From a virus: a stretch of 64,000 nt of DNA. Shown piece after piece: positions 1-9,692 of this stretch. The translations under genes were made by a program, and so were the position numbers. Under the pieces are notes generated by a model. That model had not been told where the DNA came from, ran no database searches, and worked only from the letters and a program-made list of their open reading frames with translations. The first letter of the stretch is position 1. The number at the start of each line of letters is the position of its first letter. The stretch lies in the IMG/VR virus record IMGVR_UViG_3300026521_000343, positions 5,265 to 69,264 of that record; one strand, 5' to 3'.

Positions 1-516
1 CTCAACATCTTTTATCTGGACTGTATTCCCATAGCGAACAAGATAAGTGCCATTTATTTCTACAAATCCTCTTCCGTTTACCATATCTATGAAAACAATG
101 TCATTTTCATAGTAAAGTGGTTCCATTGAGTTTCCTGCTATTTTTATGGCAAGAGTGTTCTCATCAAGTTTTATATGATCTGGTAGTAAGTCTTTTGGAT
201 AGTAAAGCTTCTCTGCCCTTTCAACTGCTAAGGCTTCAGCGCCAGCACCCGCATCAATTGTTGGTAGTTCTATATAGGAATCTGTTTCTGTTTGAATTAT
301 TGAAATATCTGATGTATTTGCTTGATATAAATCATCAACATTTATTCCAAAAAAATTTGCAATATTTCGAGCATGTTTTGCTGGAATATAACCTTGTGCT
401 TTAAAATTACTAAAATTTTGCCTAGAAATACCTACAGCACTATAAAACTGCCCTTTTTTTACATGTGTTTTATTCAATAGTTTTTCTACTACTTCATAAT
501 CAATATTGTTGCTCAT
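1..516 (-). CDS. cI: CI-like repressor, HTH + S24 peptidase (runs off the window edge)
   Basis: Hand translation from ATG 516: MSNNIDYEVVEKLLNK...VGISRQNFSNF... and IKIAGNSMEPLYYENDIVFID (S24 GxSM motif); divergent from cro; absent from the ORF track. Confidence 0.9.
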   Translation of the reverse strand, partial: MSNNIDYEVVEKLLNKTHVKKGQFYSAVGISRQNFSNFKAQGYIPAKHARNIANFFGINVDDLYQANTSDISIIQTETDSYIELPTIDAGAGAEALAVERAEKLYYPKDLLPDHIKLDENTLAIKIAGNSMEPLYYENDIVFIDMVNGRGFVEINGTYLVRYGNTVQIKDVE

Positions 517-527
517 CTAATACCCTT

Positions 528-615
528 GTAAATAAATATTGTACACTATTCAAAATATAAAATCTTTTACAAAATGTAAACTAACTTGACATAAGGTACA
601 TTATTGATGTACAAT
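528..615 (+). promoter_or_regulatory. cI/cro control region: PR promoter and operator-like palindromes
   Basis: TTGACA 586-591, 18 nt, TACAAT 610-615; GTACA-N7-TGTAC at 596-612, GTAAA-N7-TGTAC at 528-544, TTTACA-N3-TGTAAA at 566-580. Confidence 0.7.
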
Positions 616-621
616 TCAAGC

Positions 622-891
622 ATGAAAGATATAGAATTTGTAAAAAATACATTAAAAGATAACAATATCGCATTTTCAGATTATGCAAAAGCAATTGGCA
701 CAACTCGACAAAATGTACAGAATTGGACTTATGGTGACGGAATACCAAAAAAATATTTGCTTAAAACTGCAAAATATTTATCTGAAATATCTTGTCGAGA
801 TATTAGTGTTGAAAATTTGTTATCCATACCAAATGATACAAAATCCACATCAGAAAAAACTACTACATCCAAAAAAGAAAAGGTAGCATAA
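622..891 (+). CDS. cro: Cro-like HTH protein
   Basis: AKAIGTTRQNVQNW HTH; divergent from cI; ATG at 622. Confidence 0.75.
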   Translation: MKDIEFVKNTLKDNNIAFSDYAKAIGTTRQNVQNWTYGDGIPKKYLLKTAKYLSEISCRDISVENLLSIPNDTKSTSEKTTTSKKEKVA

Positions 892-1382
892 TGAGAGATC
901 ATATCCACAACAAACGTCCAAAAGATGCAAAACTTTGTACGATGATACGCGCAAGCATTACAAAAAGCAGAAAGTACATCGGTCTCTCTTTTGAAGAGGC
1001 TGCTAACGAGCTAGGACTTACAGAGGGAACACTTGCAAACAAGCTAAAACCTGCAAAAGCTGAGAACGATATGACTCTGAGCGAGTTCATACACTTTCTT
1101 GAGCTTACAGGCGACTTGTCTGCTCTTGAATATATAGCAGGTCTGTTTGAGATGGTTCTTGTCAAAAAGAGTATAGAAAAAGCAAATGTAGCAGACATAA
1201 ACCTACTTGTAGATATTTCCAATATGGAAAATGCTGATGTGTTCCGTGTTGTAAAGAAGTCCATGAGTGATGGCGTGATAGATGAAGATGAAAAAGCATC
1301 CATACTCAAAGAGATAGAAGAAGCACAACGTGCAAACGCAAGACTTAAAGACCTTGTGTTGCATCTCGCAAGTAAGGAGTAG
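891..1382 (+). CDS. Phage regulatory CII-like protein
   Basis: AANELGLTEGTLANKLKP and DGVIDEDE motifs typical of CII/CP76-type proteins; position after cro. Confidence 0.7.
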   Translation: MRDHIHNKRPKDAKLCTMIRASITKSRKYIGLSFEEAANELGLTEGTLANKLKPAKAENDMTLSEFIHFLELTGDLSALEYIAGLFEMVLVKKSIEKANVADINLLVDISNMENADVFRVVKKSMSDGVIDEDEKASILKEIEEAQRANARLKDLVLHLASKE

Positions 1383-1384
1383 CT

Positions 1385-1663
1385 ATGGCATCACCGTTTA
1401 AACAAGGCTCTCAACCATACAAACTTAACGAGTACTTCAAGCAAGGACTCTCTCTCACGCATGAAGAAGCACATGAAAAGCTTGCTGTAGGCAGATTGGC
1501 ACAGCGTATGCAGGACCTTAAAAAGAAGTATCTTGAGTATGCAGGGTGGAATCCTATCATGGTGCTCCATGAGAGTAACAAGCGTGGCGGAACACACGCA
1601 AGATACTTTTACAAAGGCATGGGTTGTATTCATGAGAGCAATCCTAATGCAAAAGAGTACTGA
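1385..1663 (+). CDS. Small winged-HTH protein
   Basis: LTHEEA..GRLAQRMQDLKK..HARY; similar to 30154-30378. Confidence 0.5.
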   Translation: MASPFKQGSQPYKLNEYFKQGLSLTHEEAHEKLAVGRLAQRMQDLKKKYLEYAGWNPIMVLHESNKRGGTHARYFYKGMGCIHESNPNAKEY

Positions 1664-2922
1664 TGCCTGACTATCTTTATAACTTAGCATTTGAAAGGGC
1701 CATACTCTCTTCTATCATATTTGAGCCTGCATCATTTGAAGATGTCATAGGTGTGCTGCAAGATACAGACTTTTACCTTCCTTCTCATAGTCATATCTAC
1801 ACGGCCGTAACGACACTTTTTAAAAATGAGATACCAATAGATGAGGAGTTCATCAAAAGAGAGCTCGTAAAGAAAAAACAGTTTGATGAACAGGTAATGC
1901 TTGAGATCTTATCTGCAAACCCTATAGCTAACATAAAAGCGTACATAGAAGAGGTCATAGATAAATCAAGGCTAAGACAGCTATTGAGTCTCTCAGGAAG
2001 CATACGCAAACATGCTATCGAAGAGTGCGATACAAGTGACGCTATCATATCTCGTGTTGAGAGTGAACTTGAGTCCATCATAAACAGAAATTCTACAGGC
2101 ATAGAGATTGTAGATATAGACGACATAGAAGACAAAGAGACAGAGTTTGTCCTTAAAGGATGGATGCCAATACCTGTTGGAACGGTGACAATAGTTTCTG
2201 CACCTGGTGGAACAGGTAAGAGTTGGTTGGCAAACCAAATGGCACTGAGATATAAAGCTGAAACAAATAAAACTCCCGTCCTTTGGCTCTCAGAAGATCC
2301 GCTGCACGACTCTAAATCAAGAGCACAATCAATCAACAAAGATATCTTACATAACGATGGATCTGTGAGAAATATACGCTTCATAGCAGACTCTCCAATG
2401 CCACTTATGCAAAACAAAAAGTTTTCATTCTCTGACTTTTACAAGATGCGAAGAGCATTTAAAGCGTATGACTTTATAGCCCTTGACCCATTGCTTGCAT
2501 TTTATGTTTCAGATGAAAATGATAACTCTCAAGCGAGACAGTTTATGCAACCTTTTATGAACTGGGCAAGAGAAGAGAACAAGTGTATCATCTTCTTACA
2601 CCACTCGAAAAAAGGGGGAGAAGGTGTTAAGACAAGAGGTGCAGGTGCGTTTGTAGACGCATGTAGAACTGTATATGAGATAGAGAAGATAGACGGTGAT
2701 GACAATTCAGGAAAAAGAAAACTCATACTATCAAAAGACAATCTAGGAGCCATAAAGCACCTTGAAGCATTTACGATGCAGCGACAGATTACACCGAGTA
2801 GAAATGACATACCGATAGTAAGAGAAACAATATACGATTCAGATATGCCTTTTAAAGGTAGTAAAATCGCTTCAAATCCAACACAAACAGAAAACAGCTC
2901 TGTTGAAATGCCTTTATTATGA
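1663..2922 (+). CDS. Replicative helicase: DnaB N-terminal domain fused to AAA_25/RepA-like ATPase
   Basis: ERAILSSII..DFYLPSH N-domain; Walker A APGGTGKS; ALDPL and FLHHSKK..RGAGAF motifs. Confidence 0.8.
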   Translation: MPDYLYNLAFERAILSSIIFEPASFEDVIGVLQDTDFYLPSHSHIYTAVTTLFKNEIPIDEEFIKRELVKKKQFDEQVMLEILSANPIANIKAYIEEVIDKSRLRQLLSLSGSIRKHAIEECDTSDAIISRVESELESIINRNSTGIEIVDIDDIEDKETEFVLKGWMPIPVGTVTIVSAPGGTGKSWLANQMALRYKAETNKTPVLWLSEDPLHDSKSRAQSINKDILHNDGSVRNIRFIADSPMPLMQNKKFSFSDFYKMRRAFKAYDFIALDPLLAFYVSDENDNSQARQFMQPFMNWAREENKCIIFLHHSKKGGEGVKTRGAGAFVDACRTVYEIEKIDGDDNSGKRKLILSKDNLGAIKHLEAFTMQRQITPSRNDIPIVRETIYDSDMPFKGSKIASNPTQTENSSVEMPLL

Positions 2923-3728
2923 GAATGATGTATAAAACTTACCCAACAGACTATGTCCAGGAACTCAAGTCAAACAAAAAGCGCAAGAAAGCTCGTGCAT
3001 TTATGGAGTACTGGGATGACATGGAGTTTGGAGATCATAACTCCTATGGCTTTTATGCAAAGAGCTGGGAAGTTTCAAAAAGTACAGCATACGCATGGAT
3101 AGATGAGTTTATGCAAGAAATAGGGCTTTTTTTGAGTCATTGGGACATCAGAAACAAACAACACTATAAGCATGCAAAAAAATCAACCGAACGCCAACCG
3201 AACGAAACGAACGCTAATAAACCCAAAAATATAGGCGTTTTTGATGAAGTTCAAGAACGCCAACCGAACGAAGCTCTTAATCTAAATAATAACAATAATA
3301 AAGCAGAAATGCAAAACAAAAAAGAGTTTTGGTGGCAAGACAAAGATTTTAATGATCTCTTTTTTATCTATGGAGCAAATACTAAATACAAGGGTAAAAA
3401 AGAAGAAGCATTTGAAGTTTTTAAATATATAGATGTTGATATCAACATTTTAAAGATAGCAGCTATGAGATATCTGCATGATCCAGATACTGAAGGTAAG
3501 AGATATAACTTAACTAACTTTTTGAAAAATGAAATGTATGTATCTTATATGCCAAACTATATACATGTAGAGATAGATGCAGGTGTATTTGAAGGTATCT
3601 ATGATAACAAGACATATGAGTTTAAAAGTGTTGATGGAAAATCATTTGGGAAGATAGAACCTAAGCTGCTTCTTGAACTGTTTGAGAGTGGAAAGCTTAG
3701 ATATTTAAAAGAGATAAAAAGGGGTTGA
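2919..3728 (+). CDS. Putative replication initiator
   Basis: N-terminal HTH (YAKSWEVSKSTAYAW); internal DNA direct repeats as in lambda O; next to helicase. Confidence 0.55.
   Translation: MRMMYKTYPTDYVQELKSNKKRKKARAFMEYWDDMEFGDHNSYGFYAKSWEVSKSTAYAWIDEFMQEIGLFLSHWDIRNKQHYKHAKKSTERQPNETNANKPKNIGVFDEVQERQPNEALNLNNNNNKAEMQNKKEFWWQDKDFNDLFFIYGANTKYKGKKEEAFEVFKYIDVDINILKIAAMRYLHDPDTEGKRYNLTNFLKNEMYVSYMPNYIHVEIDAGVFEGIYDNKTYEFKSVDGKSFGKIEPKLLLELFESGKLRYLKEIKRG
3189..3272 (+). repeat. Iteron-like 18-bp direct repeats (putative phage A origin)
   Basis: gaacgccaaccgaacgaa at 3189-3206 and 3255-3272, followed by an AT-rich tract. Confidence 0.6.
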
Positions 3729-3729
3729 T

Positions 3730-3981
3730 GTGGCAAATATGGTTGAGATAGTTGAAAGAATGAAAGATGTACTTGCAGTGAAGTATGAAGATAAGGTTCT
3801 TGATAAGAATATTGCGTATGAACTTGGCATTGCACCAGATAACTTGGCGGCAAAGAAGTCACGTAACTTAGTTCCATACGATCACTTAACATCGTTTTGT
3901 GTTTCGTACAAAATAAGTACCGATTGGCTATTTTTCGGAATAGGTGCAAAAGAGAGAGATTATGCCAAAAAAAATATGTAA
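3730..3981 (+). CDS. Phage CI-type HTH-domain protein
   Basis: IAYELGIAPDNLA..RNLVPY..ISTDWLFFG. Confidence 0.65.
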   Translation: MANMVEIVERMKDVLAVKYEDKVLDKNIAYELGIAPDNLAAKKSRNLVPYDHLTSFCVSYKISTDWLFFGIGAKERDYAKKNM

Positions 3982-4345
3982 CCAAGTGAATTGCAATACT
4001 CTCATCCCTATGAGTGAGAGATATTGTCCTAAACATAAGAGAGATGTGACAGCTAAGAAGAATAGTGATTATAATAAGTTCAAGCGAAATAAATCACATC
4101 AATCTTTTTATAATTCACACGAGTGGAAGAAAGCAAGAACTATAGCAATGCAAAGAACTGGTGGACTTTGTGAAGATTGTATGGAGTTTGATTTGATTGT
4201 TAAAGCTGATGTTGTGGATCATATCATTCCAATATCTAAAGACTTTTCAAAACGATTAGACCAAACAAATCTGCGTCCACTTTGCCATTCTCACCACAAC
4301 AAAAAAACAGCTCAAGAAAACTCAAATAAGGGAGGGGGTCTATGA
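3962..4345 (+). CDS. HNH endonuclease (packaging-associated, HK97 gp74-like)
   Basis: CEDC..VVDHIIP..NLRPLCHSHHNKKT; directly upstream of terS. Confidence 0.9.
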   Translation: MPKKICNQVNCNTLIPMSERYCPKHKRDVTAKKNSDYNKFKRNKSHQSFYNSHEWKKARTIAMQRTGGLCEDCMEFDLIVKADVVDHIIPISKDFSKRLDQTNLRPLCHSHHNKKTAQENSNKGGGL

Positions 4346-4494
4346 TTTCTACAGATGCAAAGTCGTCCTTATCGACACCCCTCACAAGTTTTTACAAACT
4401 CTATTTTCAATGGGGTGGCTATTTTGCTGTGTTTATGGTGTTTTTTTTAAGTTTTGGAAATAAATTTCTTAACCTTAAACGAGGAGTATAGAAT

Positions 4495-5046
4495 ATGGCA
4501 AAGGGTATTGACTGGGAATTTATTAGATCTGAATATGAAGAGACAACAAAGTCAATTCGCCTGATGGCTAAAGAAAATGATGTTACTCATGGTGCGATTC
4601 AAAGGAGAATCAAGAAAGAGGAGTGGACCAGGAGTGCAGCAGTAGAAGTGATCAGTGATAAAGCTCTTGTAGGTTCTAATCCACTCCTGGATAAAGTCGC
4701 CATCAGAAAAACAAAAGAGATCATTGATGCTTTGGGTGATAATTACTCACCACTTGATGAGCCACTTGTAGCTGCTTTTGCTCTGAACTATTCGAAGTGG
4801 ATTACTACGCAGAAGATCATTAAAGATGAGGGTTCCATAGCAGTCAGCTCAAAAGGGAGCCTTTATATATCTCCGTATGAAAATCTTGCGAAGATGTATG
4901 AGAACACTTTTATTAAAATTGCCGGCCAGCTTGGTCTGTCAATCTCTTCACGCAAAAGAATTGGAATTTCTACAAAGTCCGACACGGAGGAGGCTTCATT
5001 ATTTGATATAACAAAGGAGCTGATGGAGTGTGATGTAGATGTCTGA
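4495..5046 (+). CDS. terS: Terminase small subunit (P27 family)
   Basis: QLGLSISSRKRI C-terminal motif; precedes terL. Confidence 0.85.
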   Translation: MAKGIDWEFIRSEYEETTKSIRLMAKENDVTHGAIQRRIKKEEWTRSAAVEVISDKALVGSNPLLDKVAIRKTKEIIDALGDNYSPLDEPLVAAFALNYSKWITTQKIIKDEGSIAVSSKGSLYISPYENLAKMYENTFIKIAGQLGLSISSRKRIGISTKSDTEEASLFDITKELMECDVDV

Positions 5047-6724
5047 AACAAAAGAGGATTATCGTATACCATACTATGAAAAAACGTTTGAAAGGCATAG
5101 AAACGATTTAATTGCGGTTGAATCTGGTTTTCGTGATGATATTAGATTTAACAAGAAACTTGGACTAGCGTATATTGTTATCATTGAGAAACTTTGTCAC
5201 TTTGAAGGTGAGCTTGCGGGTGAGCCTATTGTACTAGAAGAGTGGCAAAAAAAAGCCTTAGTTATTTGTTTTGGATGGCAAAAAAAGAGACTCGACAAAG
5301 ATGGAAAACCTTTACTAAAGGACGGAAAACCACAGTGGATACGCAGGTTTAACACTGCATTTTGGTTTATAGCTCGTAAAAACGGTAAGAGTATTTTAGC
5401 TTCTGGTGTTGCTGTTTCTGAGGCAGTGCTTAGTGCTGAGTATGGAAACCAAATCGTTTCTTTTGCAACTAAAAAGGATCAGGCAAAGATTGTATGGAAA
5501 GGGTGTGAGAGGATGGTCAGGCTCAATAAAGAGCTCTCAAAAAAGTCTCTTATAGCTTACTCAACTATAGAGATAAAACCAACACAAACGACCATCAAAC
5601 CGCTTGGGCGTGATTCTCAAACAGAGGATGGACTCAGCATTGGTCTTGGAATAGGGGATGAGATACATGCACATAGTGACCGTGGTATGATAGAAGTTGT
5701 AGAGTCGTCTCAAGGCGCAAGGCTCCAGCCTATGATGTTCTACATAACAACAGCAGGATTTAATACTGCATCAGTAGGGTACCAGGAGTATGAGTATGCA
5801 AAAGATGTTCTTGATGGAATCATAGAAGATGACAGCTACTTCGCATTTGTCTGTGAGCTAGATAAGGATGATGATCCGTTTGATGAGAGTGTATGGTACA
5901 AGGCAAATCCAAACCTTGGTGTTTCAAAAAGCTATGACTATATGCGTAAGATGGCAAAACAGGCAAAAGAGCGTACGGAAACACTCAACAACTTCCTCGT
6001 AAAAGATTTAAACAGATGGGTGACAGCTGAAGAGCATTTTATAGTGCTTGATGATTGGAATGCATGTGGCGTTGATAAGTATGATGTAAATGATGCCGTA
6101 TCTGTATTTCTTGGTGTTGACTTGTCTCGCAGTGATGATTTTACGGCAGTTGCAGTAACGTATATGTTTAAAAATGGAACTTTCTACACTACGCAGCACT
6201 ATTACATACCAGCTGACAATGTAAGAGAACGTGCACGCGAGCTAAGAGTTCCTTTGGAAAGTTGGATATTGCAAGAGCATATTACTGCAACACCAGGTGC
6301 AACGATAGACCTTAAATATATAGCAAAAGATATCATTGAAAAAATAAATGTGCAAAATATAGATGAGGTGTGTTATGATCCTTACAGAGCTGCTACGCTG
6401 ATATCTGAGATAGAAAAAGCGAGCGGTTTTGAAAACTGTGTTCAAATACGCCAGGGATACTTAACTATAAGTGAACCAACTTTTAACTTCCGTGATTACA
6501 TAAGAAGTAAAAAGCTACTGCACGATAAAAATCCAGTTACAAGATGGATGGTTTCAAATATGACTGTAATTCCTGATGCTGCAGGAAATGTAAAACCAGA
6601 CAAAACAAAGCCAAACAGGAAAATAGATGGATGTGCTGCAATTATAAACACACTCGCCCGTGCCATTGCGTATGAACCGCAAGAGGAGAGTGTGTATGAG
6701 AGTAGGGGTGTTAGGAGTGTGTGA
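5039..6724 (+). CDS. terL: Terminase large subunit (HK97-like)
   Basis: IARKNGKS Walker A, GDEIH Walker B, ITTAG, GVDLS, KIDGCAA. Confidence 0.95.
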   Translation: MSETKEDYRIPYYEKTFERHRNDLIAVESGFRDDIRFNKKLGLAYIVIIEKLCHFEGELAGEPIVLEEWQKKALVICFGWQKKRLDKDGKPLLKDGKPQWIRRFNTAFWFIARKNGKSILASGVAVSEAVLSAEYGNQIVSFATKKDQAKIVWKGCERMVRLNKELSKKSLIAYSTIEIKPTQTTIKPLGRDSQTEDGLSIGLGIGDEIHAHSDRGMIEVVESSQGARLQPMMFYITTAGFNTASVGYQEYEYAKDVLDGIIEDDSYFAFVCELDKDDDPFDESVWYKANPNLGVSKSYDYMRKMAKQAKERTETLNNFLVKDLNRWVTAEEHFIVLDDWNACGVDKYDVNDAVSVFLGVDLSRSDDFTAVAVTYMFKNGTFYTTQHYYIPADNVRERARELRVPLESWILQEHITATPGATIDLKYIAKDIIEKINVQNIDEVCYDPYRAATLISEIEKASGFENCVQIRQGYLTISEPTFNFRDYIRSKKLLHDKNPVTRWMVSNMTVIPDAAGNVKPDKTKPNRKIDGCAAIINTLARAIAYEPQEESVYESRGVRSV

Positions 6725-6727
6725 TAG

Positions 6728-6756
6728 TTGAAAGTGTTACTTTATTTCGCTATAAT
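6728..6756 (+). promoter_or_regulatory. Sigma70-type promoter
   Basis: TTGAAA 6728-6733, 17 nt, TATAAT 6751-6756. Confidence 0.7.
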
Positions 6757-6880
6757 TCCATAGCAAAAAGAAAGTGTGTTGCAAAAGGTAACTTATTTAT
6801 TAAATAGTTTACTTAATTGTGGCACTAAGTTTGCTATTTGTAAGAGTATGTTAATATTTTTACAATTCAAAGGAGAGAAA

Positions 6881-6910
6881 ATGTTAAAAAGAGAATGGGG
6901 AAATATATAG
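6881..6910 (+). CDS. Putative 9-aa micropeptide MLKREWGNI
   Basis: AAGGAG SD just upstream of ATG 6881; downstream of a promoter and a long hairpin. Confidence 0.4.
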   Translation: MLKREWGNI

Positions 6911-6911
6911 T

Positions 6912-7685
6912 CTAACATCTATTGTTAGCTATAAAATTTCTGATTTGTAGGTACATATTTTCGTTTCCATCGTGTTTTTTTATCACATGGTTAATATACA
7001 CTTCAAAAAGTCTAAATGCATCTCTTATAGGTGAACACATTAGGCTTTTTATCACATCTTCATCTAAAATATCATTGTTTACACCAGCTGCTAAGTATTC
7101 ATATTCATTTAATAATCCATATATACTGTCTTTAACTGCAAGACCATCTATTTCATCAATAAAGTGAATTATATGTTCATCTTTTTGTTCTCGTGGTAAA
7201 TTTTTATAATCATCTTTTGAATGTTGCCCATGAAATACAAAACTTCCATCTTCCATAAATATTCCCATTGCATTATGAATCTCAGCTACTGAATATGGTG
7301 TTGCTTTGTTCTTTTTTCTCTCTCTGTAGTTTAAAATAGGATTGATAACTTCTATATGCTTTGTGATATTGTCAAGAACTGTATGTGCTTGCGTCATTGC
7401 AAGTTGCTTTTTATTCCATTCATTATTTTTTTCAAATTGTTTTCTATTGAGTCTAAATTGATTGGCAGCTATTCCTAAAGATACAACAAGCATAAGGGAA
7501 CCAAGAGCTTTTATGATGTTTATAATTTTATCATCAAAAGAAAAGAATGAAGCAATAGATAAAATAGCAATCATCACACCAAACAAAATCCATAATATGC
7601 TCTGTTCAGCTTTTCCACACCATTTGTCTTTTTTAAAACAACTAAACTTAAACTTCATTATAGATTTGAGTTTTTTAAGTTTCAC
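6912..7685 (-). CDS. Membrane-anchored DUF4760-like moron protein
   Basis: Two N-terminal TM segments; LLNEYEYLAAGVNNDILDEDVIK motif recalled as DUF4760. Confidence 0.65.
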   Translation of the reverse strand: MKLKKLKSIMKFKFSCFKKDKWCGKAEQSILWILFGVMIAILSIASFFSFDDKIINIIKALGSLMLVVSLGIAANQFRLNRKQFEKNNEWNKKQLAMTQAHTVLDNITKHIEVINPILNYRERKKNKATPYSVAEIHNAMGIFMEDGSFVFHGQHSKDDYKNLPREQKDEHIIHFIDEIDGLAVKDSIYGLLNEYEYLAAGVNNDILDEDVIKSLMCSPIRDAFRLFEVYINHVIKKHDGNENMYLQIRNFIANNRC

Positions 7686-7687
7686 TC

Positions 7688-8128
7688 CTACATCTCCTCT
7701 TTATTATGATTTTGTTTTTCTTTCTTGGTTTTAGGAGTCTTTTTCTCAAGCAATTGAAACTCTATCTTTGCACCTTTTTCACTTGCTCCTGCATATCTTT
7801 GTCTTATTTTGTAGTTTTTATATGTATCATTAGGTGCCAGTATGGATGCAATATCAGCCGGTATATATCCAAGTAAAATTCTTTTTTGAGATTTAAAAAA
7901 GAAAAAACTTGTCAAAGTTACATTTCCAACTACCATTATCGCATTTTTATCATGTTCATTGCCTGGTTCTGCTTGTAGTTCTATTTGATGATTTAAACCA
8001 TTTACAAACGCTAAGCAGTTGTCTATTCTGTAGTTTGTTCCTGCTGTTGTTATGGTATAAGCGATTTTATACCCTTTTGGTATAGATTCATCAAATTTTA
8101 TATCTTTATATCCCATATTCACATCCAT
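7688..8128 (-). CDS. HIRAN domain protein
   Basis: AGTNYR..LQAEPGNEHDKNAIMV..LGYIP; extended -10 TGGTACAAT at 8144-8152 on the minus strand. Confidence 0.85.
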   Translation of the reverse strand: MDVNMGYKDIKFDESIPKGYKIAYTITTAGTNYRIDNCLAFVNGLNHQIELQAEPGNEHDKNAIMVVGNVTLTSFFFFKSQKRILLGYIPADIASILAPNDTYKNYKIRQRYAGASEKGAKIEFQLLEKKTPKTKKEKQNHNKEEM

Positions 8129-8253
8129 TATATTAATAACATAATTGTACCAAACTTCTTTTTGTTTAGCTGTGTTTTATTATTTTTTTACAACAACATT
8201 GCGTATTCGCAAGCTTTTTTAAAATCTTTCTTTTTTTGATGTAGATTTCTTTT

Positions 8254-8463
8254 ATGGAAATTTTTAGATACATCATAGCACTTTACATATTTTTTGCACT
8301 TATCATCGGAGCATTTGCTTATGCTGCTGCACTTTCTTTTCCTGCTGTGGCAAACTATGCTTATTCCGTTGCACTTATTGTTCATGCTGTTGTGATGTTT
8401 GTTCTTTTTGTGCTTGAGCTTAAAAGCACTCCGACAAAAGAGCAACAAAGTGAGTCTGCATGA
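8254..8463 (+). CDS. Small two-TM membrane protein preceding portal
   Basis: Hydrophobic 69 aa; ATGA overlap with portal. Confidence 0.6.
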   Translation: MEIFRYIIALYIFFALIIGAFAYAAALSFPAVANYAYSVALIVHAVVMFVLFVLELKSTPTKEQQSESA

Positions 8464-9692
8464 GTCTTATTTCACGCATGATGCAAAGAGATGCAGTTTC
8501 GACTTTATCAAAACCTACAGAGTGGCTTAGCTCTATGTTTGGAGGATTGTCATCTTCTGGTGTCCATGTAACAGCAGAGAGATCACTCCAACACACATCT
8601 GTCTATTCATGCGTAAATATTCTGAGCGAAACGCTCTCAACACTTCCTCTGTTTCTCTACAAAGAGGAGACAAAAAACAAAAAAAACATTAAACAAAAAG
8701 CAAAAACACACCCACTTTACACGCTTTTACTTGATGAGCCAAATGAAGACATGACATCAGTCTCTTACATCCAGCTAGTTATGCTGGAACTTACACTCAG
8801 AGGGAACCATTATTCGCAGATTGTCCGTAACAAATCCGGAAAAGTAACTGCTATTTATCCACTTAAGAACGAACTTATGCAGATAGTTCGTCTTGAGAGC
8901 GGGAAACTTGCATATATTTACAGACATACGACACTTGGTGAAGTTCCTCTTGATGCTAATGAGGTACTTCATTTCAAAGGTATGACACTTGATGGCATTA
9001 TAGGTATTTCTCCTATTACATACAACAGACATACTATCGGTGCTTCCATCGCTATGGAAGAGTTTGGCTCTACACTTTTTAAAAACGGTGCTACGCCATC
9101 GGGTGTCGTAAGTGGTGAGGGTGTAAAGTCTATGAGCGACACCGCATTTGAGCGTTTTAAAAAGAGTTTTAGAGAAGCATACACTGGAATTATGAATGCA
9201 GGAAAGCCACTTATACTTGAGGATGGATTCAAATTTACTCCTATTACTATCTCAAATAGAGATGGCCAGTACATAGAGTCCCGTAAGTTCACCAAAGCAG
9301 AGATAGCATCTATCTTTAGAGTACCACTTCACATGATAAATGAGCTCGACAAAGCAACTTTCTCAAATATTGAACACCAATCTATCAAGTTTGTAACAGA
9401 TGCCATTTACCCATGGGCTGTTCGTATAGAAAAAGAACTTAAAAAGAAACTTCTAACAAAAGAGGAGAAGAGAAGCTTTTATATGAAGTTCTCTCTTGCA
9501 GCACTCCTACGCGGTGATGTTGGCAGCAGATATGCAGCATATGAGTCCGCCATCACAAAAGGGTGCTGGATGAGCAGAAATGAAGTGCGAGAACTTGAAG
9601 ATTTGAATCCTATAGACGGACTTGATGAAATGATAGTACCACTAAATTTTGGAAAGGAAGGTGACGCTAATGGCGAAAAAACAACGAAGTAA
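8460..9692 (+). CDS. Portal protein (HK97 family)
   Basis: VYSCVNILSETLSTLP, EVLHFK, IASIFRVP, SNIEHQ, NEVRELEDL. Confidence 0.95.
   Translation: MSLISRMMQRDAVSTLSKPTEWLSSMFGGLSSSGVHVTAERSLQHTSVYSCVNILSETLSTLPLFLYKEETKNKKNIKQKAKTHPLYTLLLDEPNEDMTSVSYIQLVMLELTLRGNHYSQIVRNKSGKVTAIYPLKNELMQIVRLESGKLAYIYRHTTLGEVPLDANEVLHFKGMTLDGIIGISPITYNRHTIGASIAMEEFGSTLFKNGATPSGVVSGEGVKSMSDTAFERFKKSFREAYTGIMNAGKPLILEDGFKFTPITISNRDGQYIESRKFTKAEIASIFRVPLHMINELDKATFSNIEHQSIKFVTDAIYPWAVRIEKELKKKLLTKEEKRSFYMKFSLAALLRGDVGSRYAAYESAITKGCWMSRNEVRELEDLNPIDGLDEMIVPLNFGKEGDANGEKTTK

Noticed and set aside
117-404. Plus-strand 95-aa ORF and the many antisense ORFs in the track (for example 899-1309, 1797-2417, 59260-59640, 61245-61694)
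   Set aside because: Shadow frames opposite well-supported genes
4330-4420. Exact cos site of phage A
   Set aside because: Position between HNH and terS is suggestive, but the cohesive end cannot be defined from sequence alone
4426-8180. Shared gctgtgttt motif upstream of terS (4426) and the portal operon (8169) as a late promoter element
   Set aside because: Only 9 bp in AT-rich DNA; too weak to support
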